From positions 240,932,001 to 240,996,000 of the forward strand of contig CM075977.1 in assembly GCA_038087875.1 (NCBI GenBank): a stretch of 64,000 nucleotides of DNA, given 5' to 3'. A program made the translations under genes and the position numbers. The notes under the pieces were generated by a model. That model was not told the DNA's origin. It searched no databases and was given only the letters and a program-made list of their open reading frames with translations. Positions 24,204-38,120 of the stretch are shown piece after piece. The DNA comes from Malacoraja senta. Taxonomy: Eukaryota. How positions within the stretch are numbered: position 1 is the stretch's first letter; every line of letters begins with the position of its first letter.

Positions 24204-26399
24204 AGAATAGTTTTTCTAAGATGGGTTTTAAATGGCCTCAAATTGAAAGAAGTGTGACTGAGGAGGTAATGTGGTTTGTAAGTTTGGAGTAATAGATGAA
24301 TTTCAAAAGTAAGGAGCAAAGACTCTCAAGGAGTAAAAAAAATAAGATCACCCATGATTGTATTGGTCCCTGGATTAGCATATTGGATTTAAATTGTCTC
24401 CAAGAATTTGTTATTCTGTATTTGAAATTAAAATGATTACTTTTCAGAGTTGACGTTACTGTAGTCATCATAAATCTGAAATGTCAAAGTACTTAAGTCA
24501 TAGTAGTTTTAAAAAGATTCTCTTTAACTTTGAGATATTTTCCCAGCTGGTGGTCTGCTGATTCATTATGGTTTTCAGTAAAGTTAGTTACTTGTGCTGA
24601 TTCTGAATCCATTTATGCTGCTTTTTATGTTGATACAGAATAGTTTCATGTGTGCATCAGTGTGGTAATGGTCATGCACAATAGTTGTATTGATGCAGCA
24701 TCAGATCTCCAATTGTTTTGATATTTCTCCTTGTTGCAAAATGATGTAGAATCTACGGAATGAGTGGAGATAGTGACACCTGACATTGTAGCCTGCCCTA
24801 TGGCATGAGCTCACAAATCTCTACACCACGTGGAAATATGGTAAATAATGGATAGGGGGGAATAACCATAGCGCCATAAATTAATCATGGAGTTTTTGTC
24901 AACTTGACTAGTTTACAGTGTTGAAATTTCTGCTGCGCTTAGTTACTTAAAATGTACATGCTGTTCATTTTGTGGGGTGCTATTATCCTGTCTCAGTTTT
25001 GCTTTTCAGACTGTTATTGTCGATCCTGTCAGCAACTACTCTCCTGTTCCATGGAAATGTTGCACAATAATATTCACACCAAATAACTCCAGATTGCTGC
25101 ATAGAACTCGAAATGTTTGCTTTTATTGAAAACTCAGTGTGGTTATACATACGCAAGCTTATCACTGGCCGGGTCATTTTTCATGAGTTTCCTTTCTGTC
25201 TGTTTGGTGATAATTTATTTCTCATACCACTAGACTGTCAGAGATTAACACACCATTTTCACAGTTAAATTTATTCCATCTCATCTTCTTGGCACTGTCA
25301 TTTAAACTATTTATTGTTGTTCCTTATTGCCTATTATTGTTCCTTTTGCTATCTCTTGTAGCTGGTAGGAGAGGGACCTCCAGTGCCTTCAAGTGTTGGC
25401 TGCAGGAGGTGTCCCCCCAGGACACACAGGTGGTCAGGCAAGGAGTGGGACGTTGGGTCATGGGCCTGCAGCGGCCTGGTCTTACCTGTATCGGAGACGC
25501 TCCGATACTGCCAACATGTGGACCGGATTTGAACTTTTTACTTTTTCTTTGTAAATGGTGCAAACATATAGCGACTGTGCATTTGTTTCCTAACCCTTTA
25601 AATCTTGCCATGCTCTTTGCTACTTACTATATTCTACAACTTTTCAGAATTATAGAGAATATTATTGCATACTCATCAGTTCCCTTCACATTTAACTAAT
25701 TGTCCTACAACCAGAAACCCAATTGGTTTACTCATTAAAGATGGATAGTGTGATAAAACAGTGGAGTGCGTGGTTCTGTTTTTCACAGCAGTCTTTCTTG
25801 CGAGCTTATCTTAATTTAAAAATGCAAAGTTAGGGCTAGGGTTAATTTTGTGTGATAGACAATGCCTATTCAGAAACACTTTAAGCTGTTCAAATGTTAA
25901 TTGTTTCAAGCCGGTGATCTTTCATCAATAGCAGATCATCTGATCAAATGTTTACCTCCCTTTAGATGCTGTCTGACCTGCTAAATATTTCCATTGTTTT
26001 CTTTCTAGTTCATCTTTCCAGAATTATGCTTTTGAATCAAAATTTTAATTATTCAGATTACGTTATAAACTGAGAAAAAGAAGAAAGCTTTCATTCAACT
26101 TATTTGTAATAGACTTGAAGATGTTTTTGAAGTCTAAAACAGAATCTAATCTTGTTGATGGTGATAGATTCCTTCACATTGTGTAGTAAGAAATCATATG
26201 GATCTGCACCAGAAAACTGCACATAAATCAATTTCAACATATGTACGTGTGTTCACTACATTTTTATGAAATATTAGCAAAGGAACTCTAAATTTGAAGT
26301 ATTCTTTTTTTTACAGAACCCAAGGAAATGTGCCAGCATGTGTACACTACATTTCCATGTGAAAATCAATTCCAGTCCAATATTTTTCACCTCTCAGAG

Positions 26400-27850
26400 C
26401 AGTTGCCAGTTCCTACCTGATAAATGTGATGGCCATAACTTCCTGATATCAGACTAATGTTGCAAGATAAGGAATTCCCACCTGCAAAATAATAGAATTT
26501 GATCAAAACCTGTACCACCATGTGAGTGTAAGAGAAAAGTCTGATGTATTCACAATGATGTTCAGCAAGTAGAGCCAAGTAAATGATGTACCTTGGCTTC
26601 CTCATGAGATCTCCATCATAAGTGTAGTCAGTCTCCAGCCAATTTGAACCATTCCACGTGATATCAAGAAATGGGTAGGAACGCTGAATACAGCAAAGTT
26701 TATGGGATTGGACAAGATTCCCACTGCATCCCAAAACTAGCTGCACATCCGGCCGAGGTGTTGCAGTAAAGTTGCGATGCTGGCATCTTCTGAACAACAA
26801 GAAAATTGCCTATGGATATCCTATTCACAAAAAGCAGAACAAATTCCATTTGACTAATTACCACCTGATCTACATTCAATCCGTAGTAAAGTGATGGAAA
26901 CTGTCGTAAAATCTGCTATTGAGCAGTAGTTACTCATTTAAAACTGCTTTTTGCGTCAGCAAAATAATTTCACTGTGCTGTGCATGCGTGACAATAAAGA
27001 ACCATTCAACCATTTTGTTTATGTGAGGACCACTTGGCTCAAGCCCTCACCACATCATTAGTCTCAATAGGGACCAAGAGCTGGATTTAGGAGGTGAGAT
27101 GAAATTGATTGCCCTTAACTTCAAGGCAGTATATTACTGAATGCGGCATCAAGATGTACTAGTAAAACTGATGTCAATGGGAATGAAAAGGAAAAAAATC
27201 TGTAGGTCAAATCATATCTTGCACAAAGGAAGATGATGTGATTGCTGGAGGTCGAACATAGTTGGCCCACAACTCCACTGAGGGAGTTCCTCCGAGCAGC
27301 ACCCAACCATATTCAGCTGCTTCATCAGGTCAGAATTTGAGTTGTTCATTGTTGATTGTGCACTATTCAATTCCATCAAACTTCTCACCAAATTAAACAT
27401 TGTGCAACAAAATATAGATAATATGATGATAGCCAGAGTGTCTGAAGAAGAGTCCCAACTCAAAACATCACATATCCATGTTCTCCAGGTATGCTGTCTG
27501 ACCTGCTGAGTTACTCCTACATTTTTGCATCTTAACTTGCCAGTAACATCTGTGTCACAAATGAACCAGCAGATGACAATCTCCAACAAAAGAGACCCTA
27601 AACTCCGACCTCTGTCATTCAATGTCCTCAACCATCAATGTACACGGGTGACCCGATATTCAACTGGAGGAGCCGCATAAAGATCATGGCAAAAAAAACA
27701 ACAGGTTGGAAGCTGGGTATCCAAAGACGAGTGTCTCACCTTCTTTACAACATCTATATAGGACTAATCAGGAGCGTGACCAAAAACTCCCTGGATGAGT
27801 ACAGCACCAACAACTTCCCCGTTTTAACCATTTATGGGGAAATGGACAAT
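26400..27850 (+). mobile_element. Old CR1-clade RT relic with a Penelope fragment inserted at about 27438-27535
   Basis: Decayed HKKQNK...NY.LI...SKVME and a VP.G-like segment. The insert reads TCTGAAGAAGAGTCCCAACTCAAAACATCAC...CTGCTGAGTTACTCC. Confidence 0.55.
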
Positions 27851-28159
27851 TAGATTGAGGAACATGGAGAAATAATACATATCCACAGTTCACACGATCA
27901 TGCATTATGTGACGAGGGTGAACCATTGCATTCATTACTACAATTGTCCTTCTGGTCACATTCATTTCCAATCTTATTCACATCAGCTGGATGTTTCTGA
28001 GAACAGCCATTCTAAAGAACACTACCCCCTCTATTTCGCCTTTATGTTATCATTTACATGATTCAGAAAATATCCCCTGCAGAATATACTTGTGCACAAT
28101 AAAGAAACCCTCCATTCCCAGCACCACCAGGATCTGTGCTGGGAAATATATGCTATCTG

Positions 28160-28735
28160 AGCAGAATTAGGCCATTTGGCCCATGGAGTCTACTCCGCCA
28201 TTCAATCATGGCTGATCTATCTTTCTCTCTCAAACCCAATCACCTGCTATAACCCCATAAGCCCTTAAATGAAGAAATATCCAATTCTCTGCCTTAAAGA
28301 TATTCACTTACTCATCCATATGTGGCAATGAATTCGACAGATTCACCACCCTCTGACTAAAGAAATTCTTCCACAAATTCCTTCTCAATGTACGTCCTTT
28401 ATTCGGAGGCTATGGCCTCTGGTCCTAGACTCTCCCACAAGTGGAAACATCCTCTCCACATCCACTCTATCCAGGCCTTTCACTATTCGGTAAGTTTCAA
28501 TGACGTCCCCCTCGTCCTTTTTAAGCTCCGGGGAGTACAGGCCCGGTGCCTTCAAACGCTCATCATACGATAACCCAATCAATCCTGGGATCATTCTCAT
28601 AAACCTTCCCGGAACCTCTCCAACACCAACGCATCCTTCCTCAGATATGGGGCCCAAACTGCACACAATGCTTCAAATGCCGCCTGACCAGTGTCATACA
28701 AAGCCTCAGCATGACATCCTTGTTCCTCTCAAAAT
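28160..28735 (-). mobile_element. CR1 3' fragment
   Basis: ORF 28385-28666 (RFMRMIPGLIGLSYDERL...ETYRIVKGLDRVDVERMFP...ESRTRGHSLRI). Confidence 0.88.
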
Positions 28736-28767
28736 AAAAAATAATTGCATCGACTTCGCCAACAAGA

Positions 28768-29080
28768 GGGCAGCACAGTGGCGCAGCTGGTAGAACTGCT
28801 CCATCATGGCGCCAGAGACCCGGGTTCGATCCTGACCTCGGGTGCTCTCTGCGTGGAGTTTGCATGTTCTCCCTGCGACCGATTGGGTTTTCTCCGATTT
28901 CGTCCCACATCCTAAAAACTTGCGGGTTGTTGGGTTAATTAGCCTCTGTAAAACTATCCCTATCGTGTATGGAGTGGAAGGGAACGTGGGATTAATACAG
29001 AACAAATGCCAACGTGCGATCTCTGGTCTCGGTGGACCAAAGGGCTGGTTTCCCCGTTGAATCTTTAAACTATAACTAAA
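28768..29080 (+). mobile_element. V-SINE (HE1-like)
   Basis: A box TGGCGCAGCTGG, B box GGTTCGATCC, V domain GTGGAGTTTGCATGTTCTCCCTGCG and an (ACTAA) tail. Confidence 0.9.
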
Positions 29081-29899
29081 TCGGTAATACCTTCTGAACT
29101 TGTAGTCGGCAGTATCGCATATCGCCAACTTGATAGCGGCATCGAATGTAATATTTCGGCACCGGCAGTACTTTAAATGACTATGCCCATTTACCGACTA
29201 TTAGGAAAGGTTAGTCCATTGTATCTGTGCTGCGTGTTCCTCCGCGGTCTCCTATTACATGCTTGCACGATTGAGAAAATGCTATTATGGAAACGGCAGA
29301 TAGGAGGCATGTATACCCAGCAGATCGCGCCACATGCAGAGATTTAGCCGACACTGAGGAAATACTGATTCCTGCACTATCTTTACCAATGTACGGTTTC
29401 AGCTCATTCTACAAAAGGCAGTTGATACGACCTCATTAAAGGAAGGGCTTTGATGTGACTCCGAGAATAAAGGTCAATTAGTGCATATTCATTCAGAAAG
29501 AATGTCAGCTAAAGAGCTGTTCTAGCCGCCTTTATACACACACGAATAAAGGAAGATTCATTCCTGGATCAAGATGTCCAGACTCTATTTCCGACTGTGA
29601 ATGTAAAAGGAACCATGAAGCACGTATTGATTAGACGGGCCCATTAATATTCCGATAGACCATAATCTACTTTTTATTGATCACCCCATTCTTTTATAAA
29701 CTGTCCCGGCACCCTGCATCTCTCGTACGTGCAACTGAAATGAAATTATCTTTTCGAGTCCATCCCTCCTTCCCCTCGCAATCACCACCGTTGCCCGTGA
29801 AATTGAACAACCCCCCCCCCCACCCCCCGCAAAAATAGGTTTTTATCTTCTACAGAAATAACGCAAATGCATCGTCTGTGAAAAACCCGGAGGATATTT

Positions 29900-31865
29900 T
29901 TCTACCTAATTTTCTTTCAATCTGTCCATATCTATCATCTTCCCGTCGACAGCATTATTTATTGCGTGCAGGGCGCTACCCGGGTCCTCTCAGGGAGGAG
30001 CCCACGCTCTCCCTTGCTGGTATTTACCCCTCGGGTCACCTCCCAGAGATGGGTAATGTTTATTCTGCTGACATCGGGATCGACTTGAAGCATTTTTTTC
30101 TGACTGCGGCGATACGCGTCCCAACACCGCGTGCAATTTTGTAATGCTTATTATAAACCGTATTGCCTTTAGAGGAATTTATATTTGTTCACACTAAAAC
30201 AAACACGCGCATATGTGTCCTGTCAGACGTACAAATCTGATGCAAACGGCAGTTCTGGTTACACGATGAAACATATCTCAGGACTATCCCACCTTTGATT
30301 TTTACTTAATGGATTTTCGATGTCACTGTTAAAGCATCTTCTTCGTCTAACATGCAGCGCGTGGTTACAGAGGCGACGAGCTACATAAAGATTGGGGAAA
30401 TTGAATAGGATCCCCCACAGCCCGCCAGCAAACCCCCTTCCTCCACCACAATCGTCTCCACGCTCACATACACCCCCCAATAAGTAAACCGCCAGCAACG
30501 CCCAAAGCCCTAACTCGGTTTATACAATCCCTGCGGTAACATCACGAACACCCTGCTCGCACCAAGACAATCAGTCAGTTTCCACAGCGGCCGCCCGTCA
30601 GCGACGCCCCCACAACATGCGGCACGTGTCACGGGACCCTGACATACAACTAGATACTCCACAACATGCCGCTTCGGTTAGCGGTGTGCCGCATATTCAA
30701 GCTAGAAAGTGCATCGTTTTGCGGAAATGATCGGCACGGCGTTGTAATGAACAGCGTCTAGTAGCTTGCACTGACTAACTGTCGGCACTGGCGCTGTTGG
30801 ATTTGTCTTTCACATTTCCTTCACGATGAAGCAAATCGGTAACTAAATACACTGCTGCTATGATTTGTTATGATTACATATATGGTAATGGCTTGCGTGT
30901 CTGCGGAAACTCTGCTGAAAGATGAAATTAGAATAAAACAATATTGTTATGGAAGGGAGAGGAGGGAGAATGTGAGATGAGTTCAGAAAGCCTTAAATTC
31001 ACAGTGGCTGGACTATCCCTTTGTGGGTTTGTTGTGATCTGATTATAACAAGCACCTGTGCGAGTACATTGCACTAACTCAGAGCAAGTCCGGGGATTGT
31101 AACGTTATTTGCGCGGCTCGGAGAGTGAAACCGAACCGAACCGACCCGCCCGCTCTGCCGCTTACTGGCTCCGCGCTGCCTGACGCACGACAGCTAGGTG
31201 CCCCGCTGCCAGCCAGTTACAGCGCAGCTCCGGCTGGCCACTGTGACCATTGGTTGGCCCGATGTAGGCGCTACGCAAAAGCAGAGCGCTGAGCCCAGAG
31301 AGCTGCAATCTGTCAGTAGAGGCAAGAGCACAGGAACCAGGGACTGCAGCCGCGGGGATCAGGGAAAGCTAACGGCAGCAGGCAGGAACACACGCACATA
31401 CAAAAGGACGAAAAGGAATATATATATATATATGTCTATCTATATATGTATATATATAAATACTCGTGAAGTTCGGATTAGCGAGCAGAACTCTAGAAAG
31501 TATTAGACGATAAACTCCAGACCCAGTTGTTCGCGTTTTGCACCGAGGATATGACCGGCCGCTGTGTCAAAGGGTTCGCTGTTAAACCAATGCCCGCGGG
31601 ATTCGCTTCTTCCAGGCCACTACTGAGCAGTGGGAGATCAAACGACTATTTCACTCATTAAAAAGGCAAAAGAAGTTCACGCTTCGGATGCGACGAGTCG
31701 GCTTCACGTAGCTGGCGTTTGCGGAGAGATGTGATGGAGAAGAAAATCAAGACGGAGCGCGAAGTCGAGAGTAATTAGTAATATTTGTTTTTTTTCTTCT
31801 CCCAAACAAAAGGAAACATCGCCATTCAACTTAATAAGGGACGCCGATCGGTTTGGGCTTTGGAC
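29900..31865 (+). promoter_or_regulatory. CpG-island promoter and 5' leader of PCDH10
   Basis: CpG-rich and TE-free. GC box CCCGCCC near 31145 and inverted CCAAT (ATTGG) near 31249, directly upstream of the ATG. The TSS cannot be determined. Confidence 0.7.
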
Positions 31866-34346
31866 ATGACCTTCCTATTCTTTTTGCTTTGCATCCTGAT
31901 CGATCGCGTTGCCTGTCAGATCCGCTATTCCGTTCCCGAGGAGCAGGAACATGGCACGTTCGTGGGGAATATCGCCGAGGATTTGGGCTTGGACGTGACC
32001 AAGCTGGCGGCCCGCAGGTTCCAGACGGTACCGAGCTCCCGGACCCCGCACTTGGAGGTGAACCTGGAGAACGGGGTGCTCTTCGTCAACGAGAAGATCG
32101 ACCGCGAGCAGATCTGTAAGCAGAGCCCCAGCTGCCTGCTGCACATCGAGGTCTTCCTGGAGAACCCGCTGGAACTTTTCCGTGTGGAGATTGAGATCGT
32201 GGATATTAACGACAACCCGCCGAATTTCCCGGAGGCGGACATCACGGTGGAGATATCGGAGAGCGCCAGTGCTGGCACTCGGCTGCCGCTGGAGAGCGCG
32301 TTCGACCCGGACGTGGGCACCAACTCGCTCCGCACCTACGAGATCACCCCCAATAGCTACTTTTACCTCGACGTGCAGACCCAAGGAGACGGCAACAAGT
32401 TCGCCGAGCTGGTGTTGGAGAAGAACCTGGACCGGGAGCAGCAGGCTCTCCACCGCTATGTGCTGACGGCAGTGGACGGGGGGATGCCCCAGCGCACCGG
32501 CACCGCACTGCTCAGCATCAAGGTACTGGACTCCAACGACAACGTGCCCGTCTTCGAGCAGTCCGTCTACACGGTGAGCCTGCCCGAAAACGCGCCCGTC
32601 GGCACCCTAGTCATTCAGCTCAACGCTACCGACCGCGACGAAGGCCAAAACGGCGAGGTGGTGTACTCGTTCAGCAACCACGTCTCGCTCAGGGTGAAGG
32701 AACTGTTCAGCATCGAGCCCAGGACTGGCTGGATCGAGGTGAAGGGGGCCATCGATTACGAGGAGAGCAGCCTGTACCAGCTGTTCGTCCAAGCGAAGGA
32801 CCTGGGACCCAACGCGGTGCCGGCTCACTGCAAAGTGCTGGTGAAAGTTACCGACGTGAACGACAACGCGCCGGAGATCAGTTTCAGCACCGTTTCCGAC
32901 TCTGTGAACGAGAGCGCAACCTTGGGCACGGTGGTCGCCTTGCTGAGTGTCACCGACCGCGACTCGGGTGACAACGGGCAGCTCCAGTGCGAGATCTTAG
33001 GGCAGGTGCCTTTCAAATTGAAGCCCTCCTTCAAGAATTACTACACCATCGTGACCGACGGGCCGCTGGACCGAGAGATCACCGACTCGTACACTGTGAC
33101 CATCATGGCGAAGGACCGGGGGTCGCCCCCTCTGGCGTCCAGCAAGTCCATCAAGGTGCAAGTGGCGGACGAGAACGATAATGCACCCCGCTTCTCCCGA
33201 TCTTCCTACGACGTGCACGTTTCAGAGAACAATGTTCCAGGGGCTTATATTTACGCAGTGACTGCCGTAGACCCCGACTTGGGGCAGAACGCGTACATCT
33301 CTTACTCCATATTAGAGTGCGATATACAGGGTATGTCGGTCTTTACCTACGTTTCCATAAACTCCGAGAATGGCTATCTGTACGCCTTGCGCTCTTTCGA
33401 CTACGAGCAGCTGAAGGAGTTCAGTTTCACGGTGCAGGCCAGGGACGCAGGAAACCCTCCTCTAATCAGTAACACCACCATCAACATCATCATAGTGGAC
33501 CAGAACGACAACGCGCCGTCTATCGTATCGCCCGTGTCGAGGAACGGCAGCGCCAAAGAGATGGTGCCCCGCTCGGCTGAGCCGGGCTACCTGGTAGCCA
33601 GACTGGTGGCAGTGGACGCGGACGATGGTGACAACGCTCGGCTTACCTATTACATCGCCAAGGGCAACGAGCTGGGTCTCTTCAGGATGGACTGGAGGAG
33701 TGGAGAGCTCAAGACCGTCAGGAGGTTACCCGCCAACAAGAAGGCCCCCAGCGCCCCGTACGAGCTCCTGATCGAGGTCAGGGACCATGGACAACCGCCC
33801 CTGTCAGCCACGGCCACCATCCTCGTGGTTGTAGTGGACAGTCCCGTGGACCGACAGGGTGAACGGGGCAACCGAGCTGGTAGCCCGAAGGAAAACTCGC
33901 TGGATTTGACACTGATCTTGATTATCGCCCTGGGCTCGGTGTCTTTCGTCTTCCTACTGGCCATGATCGTGCTGGCCATCCGCTGCCAGAAGGACAAAAA
34001 GGTGAACATCTACAGCTGCTTGGCCAGCGAGTGTTGCGCCTGCTGCCGCCAGGCGAGGAACAGGAAGAAGAAGCTCAGCAAGTCGGACATCATGCTGGTG
34101 CAGACCACCAACACCAACGCGGCTCAGGTGTCGGTGGAGGAAGGGGGCTTTGGACATCATAGTCAGAATTACTGTTACCAAGTTTGCCTGACTCCAGAAT
34201 CGGCCAAAACAGATCTCATGTTCTTGAAACCGTGTAGCCCGGTCAGGAGTACAGACGGTGAACACAACCCCTGCGGGGCAATTATTACAGGGTACACCGA
34301 CCAGCAGCCTGACATCATTTCCAATGGGAGTATATTATCAAACGAG
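31866..34346 (+). CDS. PCDH10: Protocadherin-10 exon 1 (signal peptide, 6 cadherin repeats, TM, proximal cytoplasmic tail; 827 codons)
   Basis: Close match to remembered vertebrate PCDH10 (EEQEHGTFVGNIAEDLGLD, LDLTLILIIALGSVSF, QNYCYQVCLTPESAKTDLMFLKPC, PDIISNGSILSNE). ATG at 31866 precedes a signal peptide. Donor GAG|GTAAGG, phase 0. Confidence 0.98.
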
Positions 34347-35171
34347 GTAAGGCGTCTACCGCATCTACTCTACATCGCAAGATAACCCCCCACCACTCCC
34401 ACTAATTGTGGCCACCTCACCCCTTCCCATCCTACTTTTCATGCACTCCTAAACTGTATTTCCTCCCCCAAGCTCATAAATCTAGATCTGCTAACTTAGC
34501 TTTTCTCAGCTGAAAGCCGTGTGAGGTTATTTTCGGATGCCGCGCTGTCTTTAGAGCAAGGACGGGCGTCATAATGTGAAATGTTGTAAATGCAGCCAAA
34601 CGGCACCAATTGTCTTCTGTGATTTGATTAAATAATCCGTGACTTCCGGCACCAGATTAGAGAGTAAAAAAGGAATGACTTTTTAATGTAATTTGTCGAC
34701 CAGTAAACTAAAGACATTATCTAGTTATTAACTATCGGAGAACTGAAACGTTTTTTTTTACATTATTGTCCAATCTTAACACCTCTCTGGATATCAAGTC
34801 CTTAAGACTTTCAGACATATTGTACCAGATGAAACGACAGAGGTACAAGAAATCACTAAGCAATCACAGGGGCCACAGGTCTAAAATATTGTTTTAATGT
34901 TCAGTTTATTTAAATTACCATGTGGTTTGAACTTGATTCAGCCTCGTTCCTTCGCCACTTGGGGCTGAGAACTATTTTCAGCTCTGAAATTGTATGGTCA
35001 TTATGAGCTCCAATGTTTTTATATGAGCAATGGTAATTAAGTTTTTGAATCTCTGTGACTTCTGCAACTAAAACTCTGGTCCGATTCCTTCCTAATATTT
35101 GCCCACAGAATGATACATTTATCTGCATGTTCTGTCACGATTGTTGACGCGATGTTTTATCCCTCCTTCAG

Positions 35172-35230
35172 ACAAAACACCAGCGGACCGAACTCAATTT
35201 TCTTGTGGACAGACCCCGCCGAGTTAACAG
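35172..35230 (+). CDS. PCDH10: Protocadherin-10 exon 2 (59 nt)
   Basis: ccttcag|ACAAAACAC...AACAG|gtaaga encodes TKHQRTELNFLVDRPRRVN(S), matching PCDH10 TKHQRAELSYLVDRPRRVN. Confidence 0.96.
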
Positions 35231-35346
35231 GTAAGAAACTCACTAATCCAAAACACTCGCCAGCTCTCATTATTGCCAAGACAGCACAGTTCTATTGATG
35301 TTCGGCGTCAGGTGATAATGCTGGCATGCTTTTTGTTTTTTTTCAG

Positions 35347-35453
35347 TTCTGCTTTCCAGGAAGCGGATATCGTGAGTTCAAAGGACAGTGGTCACGGTGA
35401 CAGCGAACAAGGCGACAGTGACCACGATGCTACCAACCGAGCTCACAACTCTG
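35347..35453 (+). CDS. PCDH10: Protocadherin-10 exon 3 (107 nt, CM1 motif)
   Basis: tttcag|TTCT...CTG|gtaagt encodes SAFQEADIVSSKDSGHGDSEQGDSDHDATNRAHNS. Confidence 0.97.
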
Positions 35454-37789
35454 GTAAGTCTGCTAAAATAATGTTCCAATTTGTTTTTTCCCTAACCGTG
35501 TTTGAGAGAGTGGGGGAAAGCGAAAGAAATCCATACCTTTTGAACACTGAATAGAAAATGTAATACGATACGGACGCCTTCGGTTTACTGTTTTGTTTTA
35601 GTAGCGAGCTATAGTGTTTAATTCACGCTTCCTTTTGTCTATGTTGGATGTCTCAGTAATTCGCCAAACTGTTCAAATACGTGAACAAATGGGCTTGTCA
35701 GCGCAGAATGCACATGTGGTAGGATTCAATTAAGAATACTGTGCAGTAAACTCGGGGGTTCGAATTTCACCTCACGGTGTGGTGTTTCATGCAAATTATT
35801 GTTGAGTCATGGGCTTTGAACGAATTGTGTGATGTGCTGTTGAGTTAGATGGTACAAGGGGCGTGACATTATTTAGCGCTCAACGTGTTACGGTGAATCC
35901 TGTTTCTTTGTAATGTATCCCGTGTACAAGCTGCCCTTGAACAAAGTTTAATTCCCCCTCTTCTTTCTGGTCATGGATTGGTTTCATCCGACCCATGCGC
36001 TACTGTTCATTATGGAAAACACGTTTGACACTAGCAGTCGCTCAATGGCTCCTTTATTTATCCTGTTGTTGATGAATATGCCTTCTTAAACGAAACCTAG
36101 CACTGGCATTTATGTCCATCATTGTTGGATGTGTTGGAATTTGGAAAGAAATGATAGAAGTGTCAGGGAATTTATAAGTGAACAAAGCAGAAGGCTTTGT
36201 CAGATGTTTGAACATCTGTTATTGCCGAAGGGATTAAACAACCCTTGTTCCACTTCATATAGTTCACAACCTCCTGATTGAAAGATTGACAAACTTTGTG
36301 GTCTGAATAGTTGTGATCGTGTTGTTGCTGAAAGTGTTTTTCTTTTGTACATCGTCCTTTTTCTCTTTCAAAATGGAGGGTTATTAAATACACCGACACC
36401 ACAGAAGATGGCAGTAATGCAAAGCTTTACAGCATTCATGCTCTTTGTAGTAAGGAAATTACAATTCTAAGGTTAACATAACTCTCAACTATACCGAGTA
36501 TCATTTAGAATTAGGAATAAAAACGGTTGCAGAAGAAAATGAGGTACAAATAATGTAACCCGGGGAGTGAGTCAGATGCCAATGTCCATCAGCGACCAAA
36601 ATTTAATCCCAGCAGTAATAAAAATGACAAAACTTTGAAATACTTAAGTGACCTTCATTAGATTGGCAAGTGTTTCTGGAAATCAGATCAACGTTGACTG
36701 TAACCGGATTAAGGGAGTAGAAAACTGTTTTATTTAGCAGGAGACAGTTTGGATCATATACGTTTATTTCGCAACAATTTCAAATCTGCGTGTTTCAATG
36801 TCTTAACTGTGTAAATGTCGAAACGTTGAATATCTGGAACCGATTTACAGCATCGCCCCTTTAGATTGATAGACGACCTAAATGGCACTGGGATGTTGGA
36901 CTCGTGTCTATAGCTAGCTTGCTTGAAAACATGGGATCTTCTGCTGTACACGTCCCAATCTATGTCCCTTTATCTTCCAATGACGAAGTGCTCAGGGACA
37001 AAAATTTCCATCCAATGTAATGCAAATATTTTGGAAAAGTGTATATATTCTTGGTGTTATTGCGATTATCTGATGCGATTTATGGTATTTCTTGCTTAAG
37101 TTTCTTTCATAGTCCTCATTTCTGCATTATATTGATCCTTAGTACTGTTATAAGAATTTACAGAAACACATTCTATCAAGTGACCTTGGATATTTAAATG
37201 TTGGTGCCAAACCATCCACTGAAATGCAACGTTGTGCATTTGCATTTGAGAAAAACCTATGCAAGCCACCATCAGGCAAAATGGGAAGATTAGACTAGAT
37301 CAATAGATTTGTTAAATATATGAGCTTTACTTTGATACAAAGTGAAAAAAAATTGGAAAGGTCCATTGCAGAATTATTTTGTGTTTTTATTTTTAAATTT
37401 CCAGCGTCAGCACGTTTTTGACAGTTTTATTGTGTGTCGGTAAAGTATTTGAGGTGAGAAATCTAGTGTGTTGGATCTTCGAAGAACCCATCGCCAAAGG
37501 TGAGGCAAAGGAAAGGGTAGGGATGGGTGGATGCAGGAGCCAAGAGACGCAATGGGTATTGGTTACGACAGTACGTGCAACAGAAGTGGGTCAACTACAG
37601 CACACCAAGTTATAGAACATACCCAACGTAGTTAATACGAATTAAAAAATACAACGTTTGCAGTGGAATGAAAATAGTTTTATTTGCCAAGTTCACAGAA
37701 GCCAAATTCCCCAATTACCGTTTGAACTAATTCTCATGCATTTGATTACTTACTCATAGTAACTTTTCAATTTTTGTTGCCAAACAAAG

Positions 37790-38120
37790 GAAATGTATAA
37801 TTGCTGATAGAAGTGATTATGGAAGGCGTAGACAGTGAGAACCTCGTCTCGGGGTGGAAATGTCAATTACACCAAGGTGAGAGTGACAACGTTTAAAGAA
37901 GATGTGCGGTGTGAGTTTGTTCAGAGGGTGGCGATGGAGATAGCGAAGGCAAATAAGGCAGTGGTGTTTAAAATAGTTTTAGATGGGTACATGGATATAC
38001 AGGGAACGGGGTGGGTATGAGTCATGTGCCGACAGAGGAGATTAATTTAACCTGCATCATATTCAGCACTGACCTCATGGGCCGAAGGACTTATTCCCGT
38101 GCTATATTTTTTCTGTTCTA
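37790..38120 (+). mobile_element. CR1 3' fragment, degenerate
   Basis: 3' end ATGGGCCGAAGGACTTATTCCCGTGCTATA...GTTCTA. Confidence 0.65.

Noticed and set aside
25345-25545. GC-rich exon-like patch (136-aa ORF)
   Set aside because: No convincing splice sites or homology. It is more likely a repeat fragment, but the family could not be assigned.
28768-28850. tRNA gene (also near 2040, 16000 and 20950)
   Set aside because: A and B boxes lead into a V-SINE body and tail, with no cloverleaf acceptor stem.
30610-30672. p53 response element (two CAACATGC motifs)
   Set aside because: These are only imperfect half-sites about 50 bp apart.
31785-31865. N-terminal extension of the 866-aa ORF
   Set aside because: The ORF caller used a TTG start. 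The ATG at 31866 gives the signal peptide matching PCDH10 orthologues.
31875-34265. Antisense and alternative-frame ORFs over exon 1
   Set aside because: These are expected shadows of GC3-rich coding sequence.
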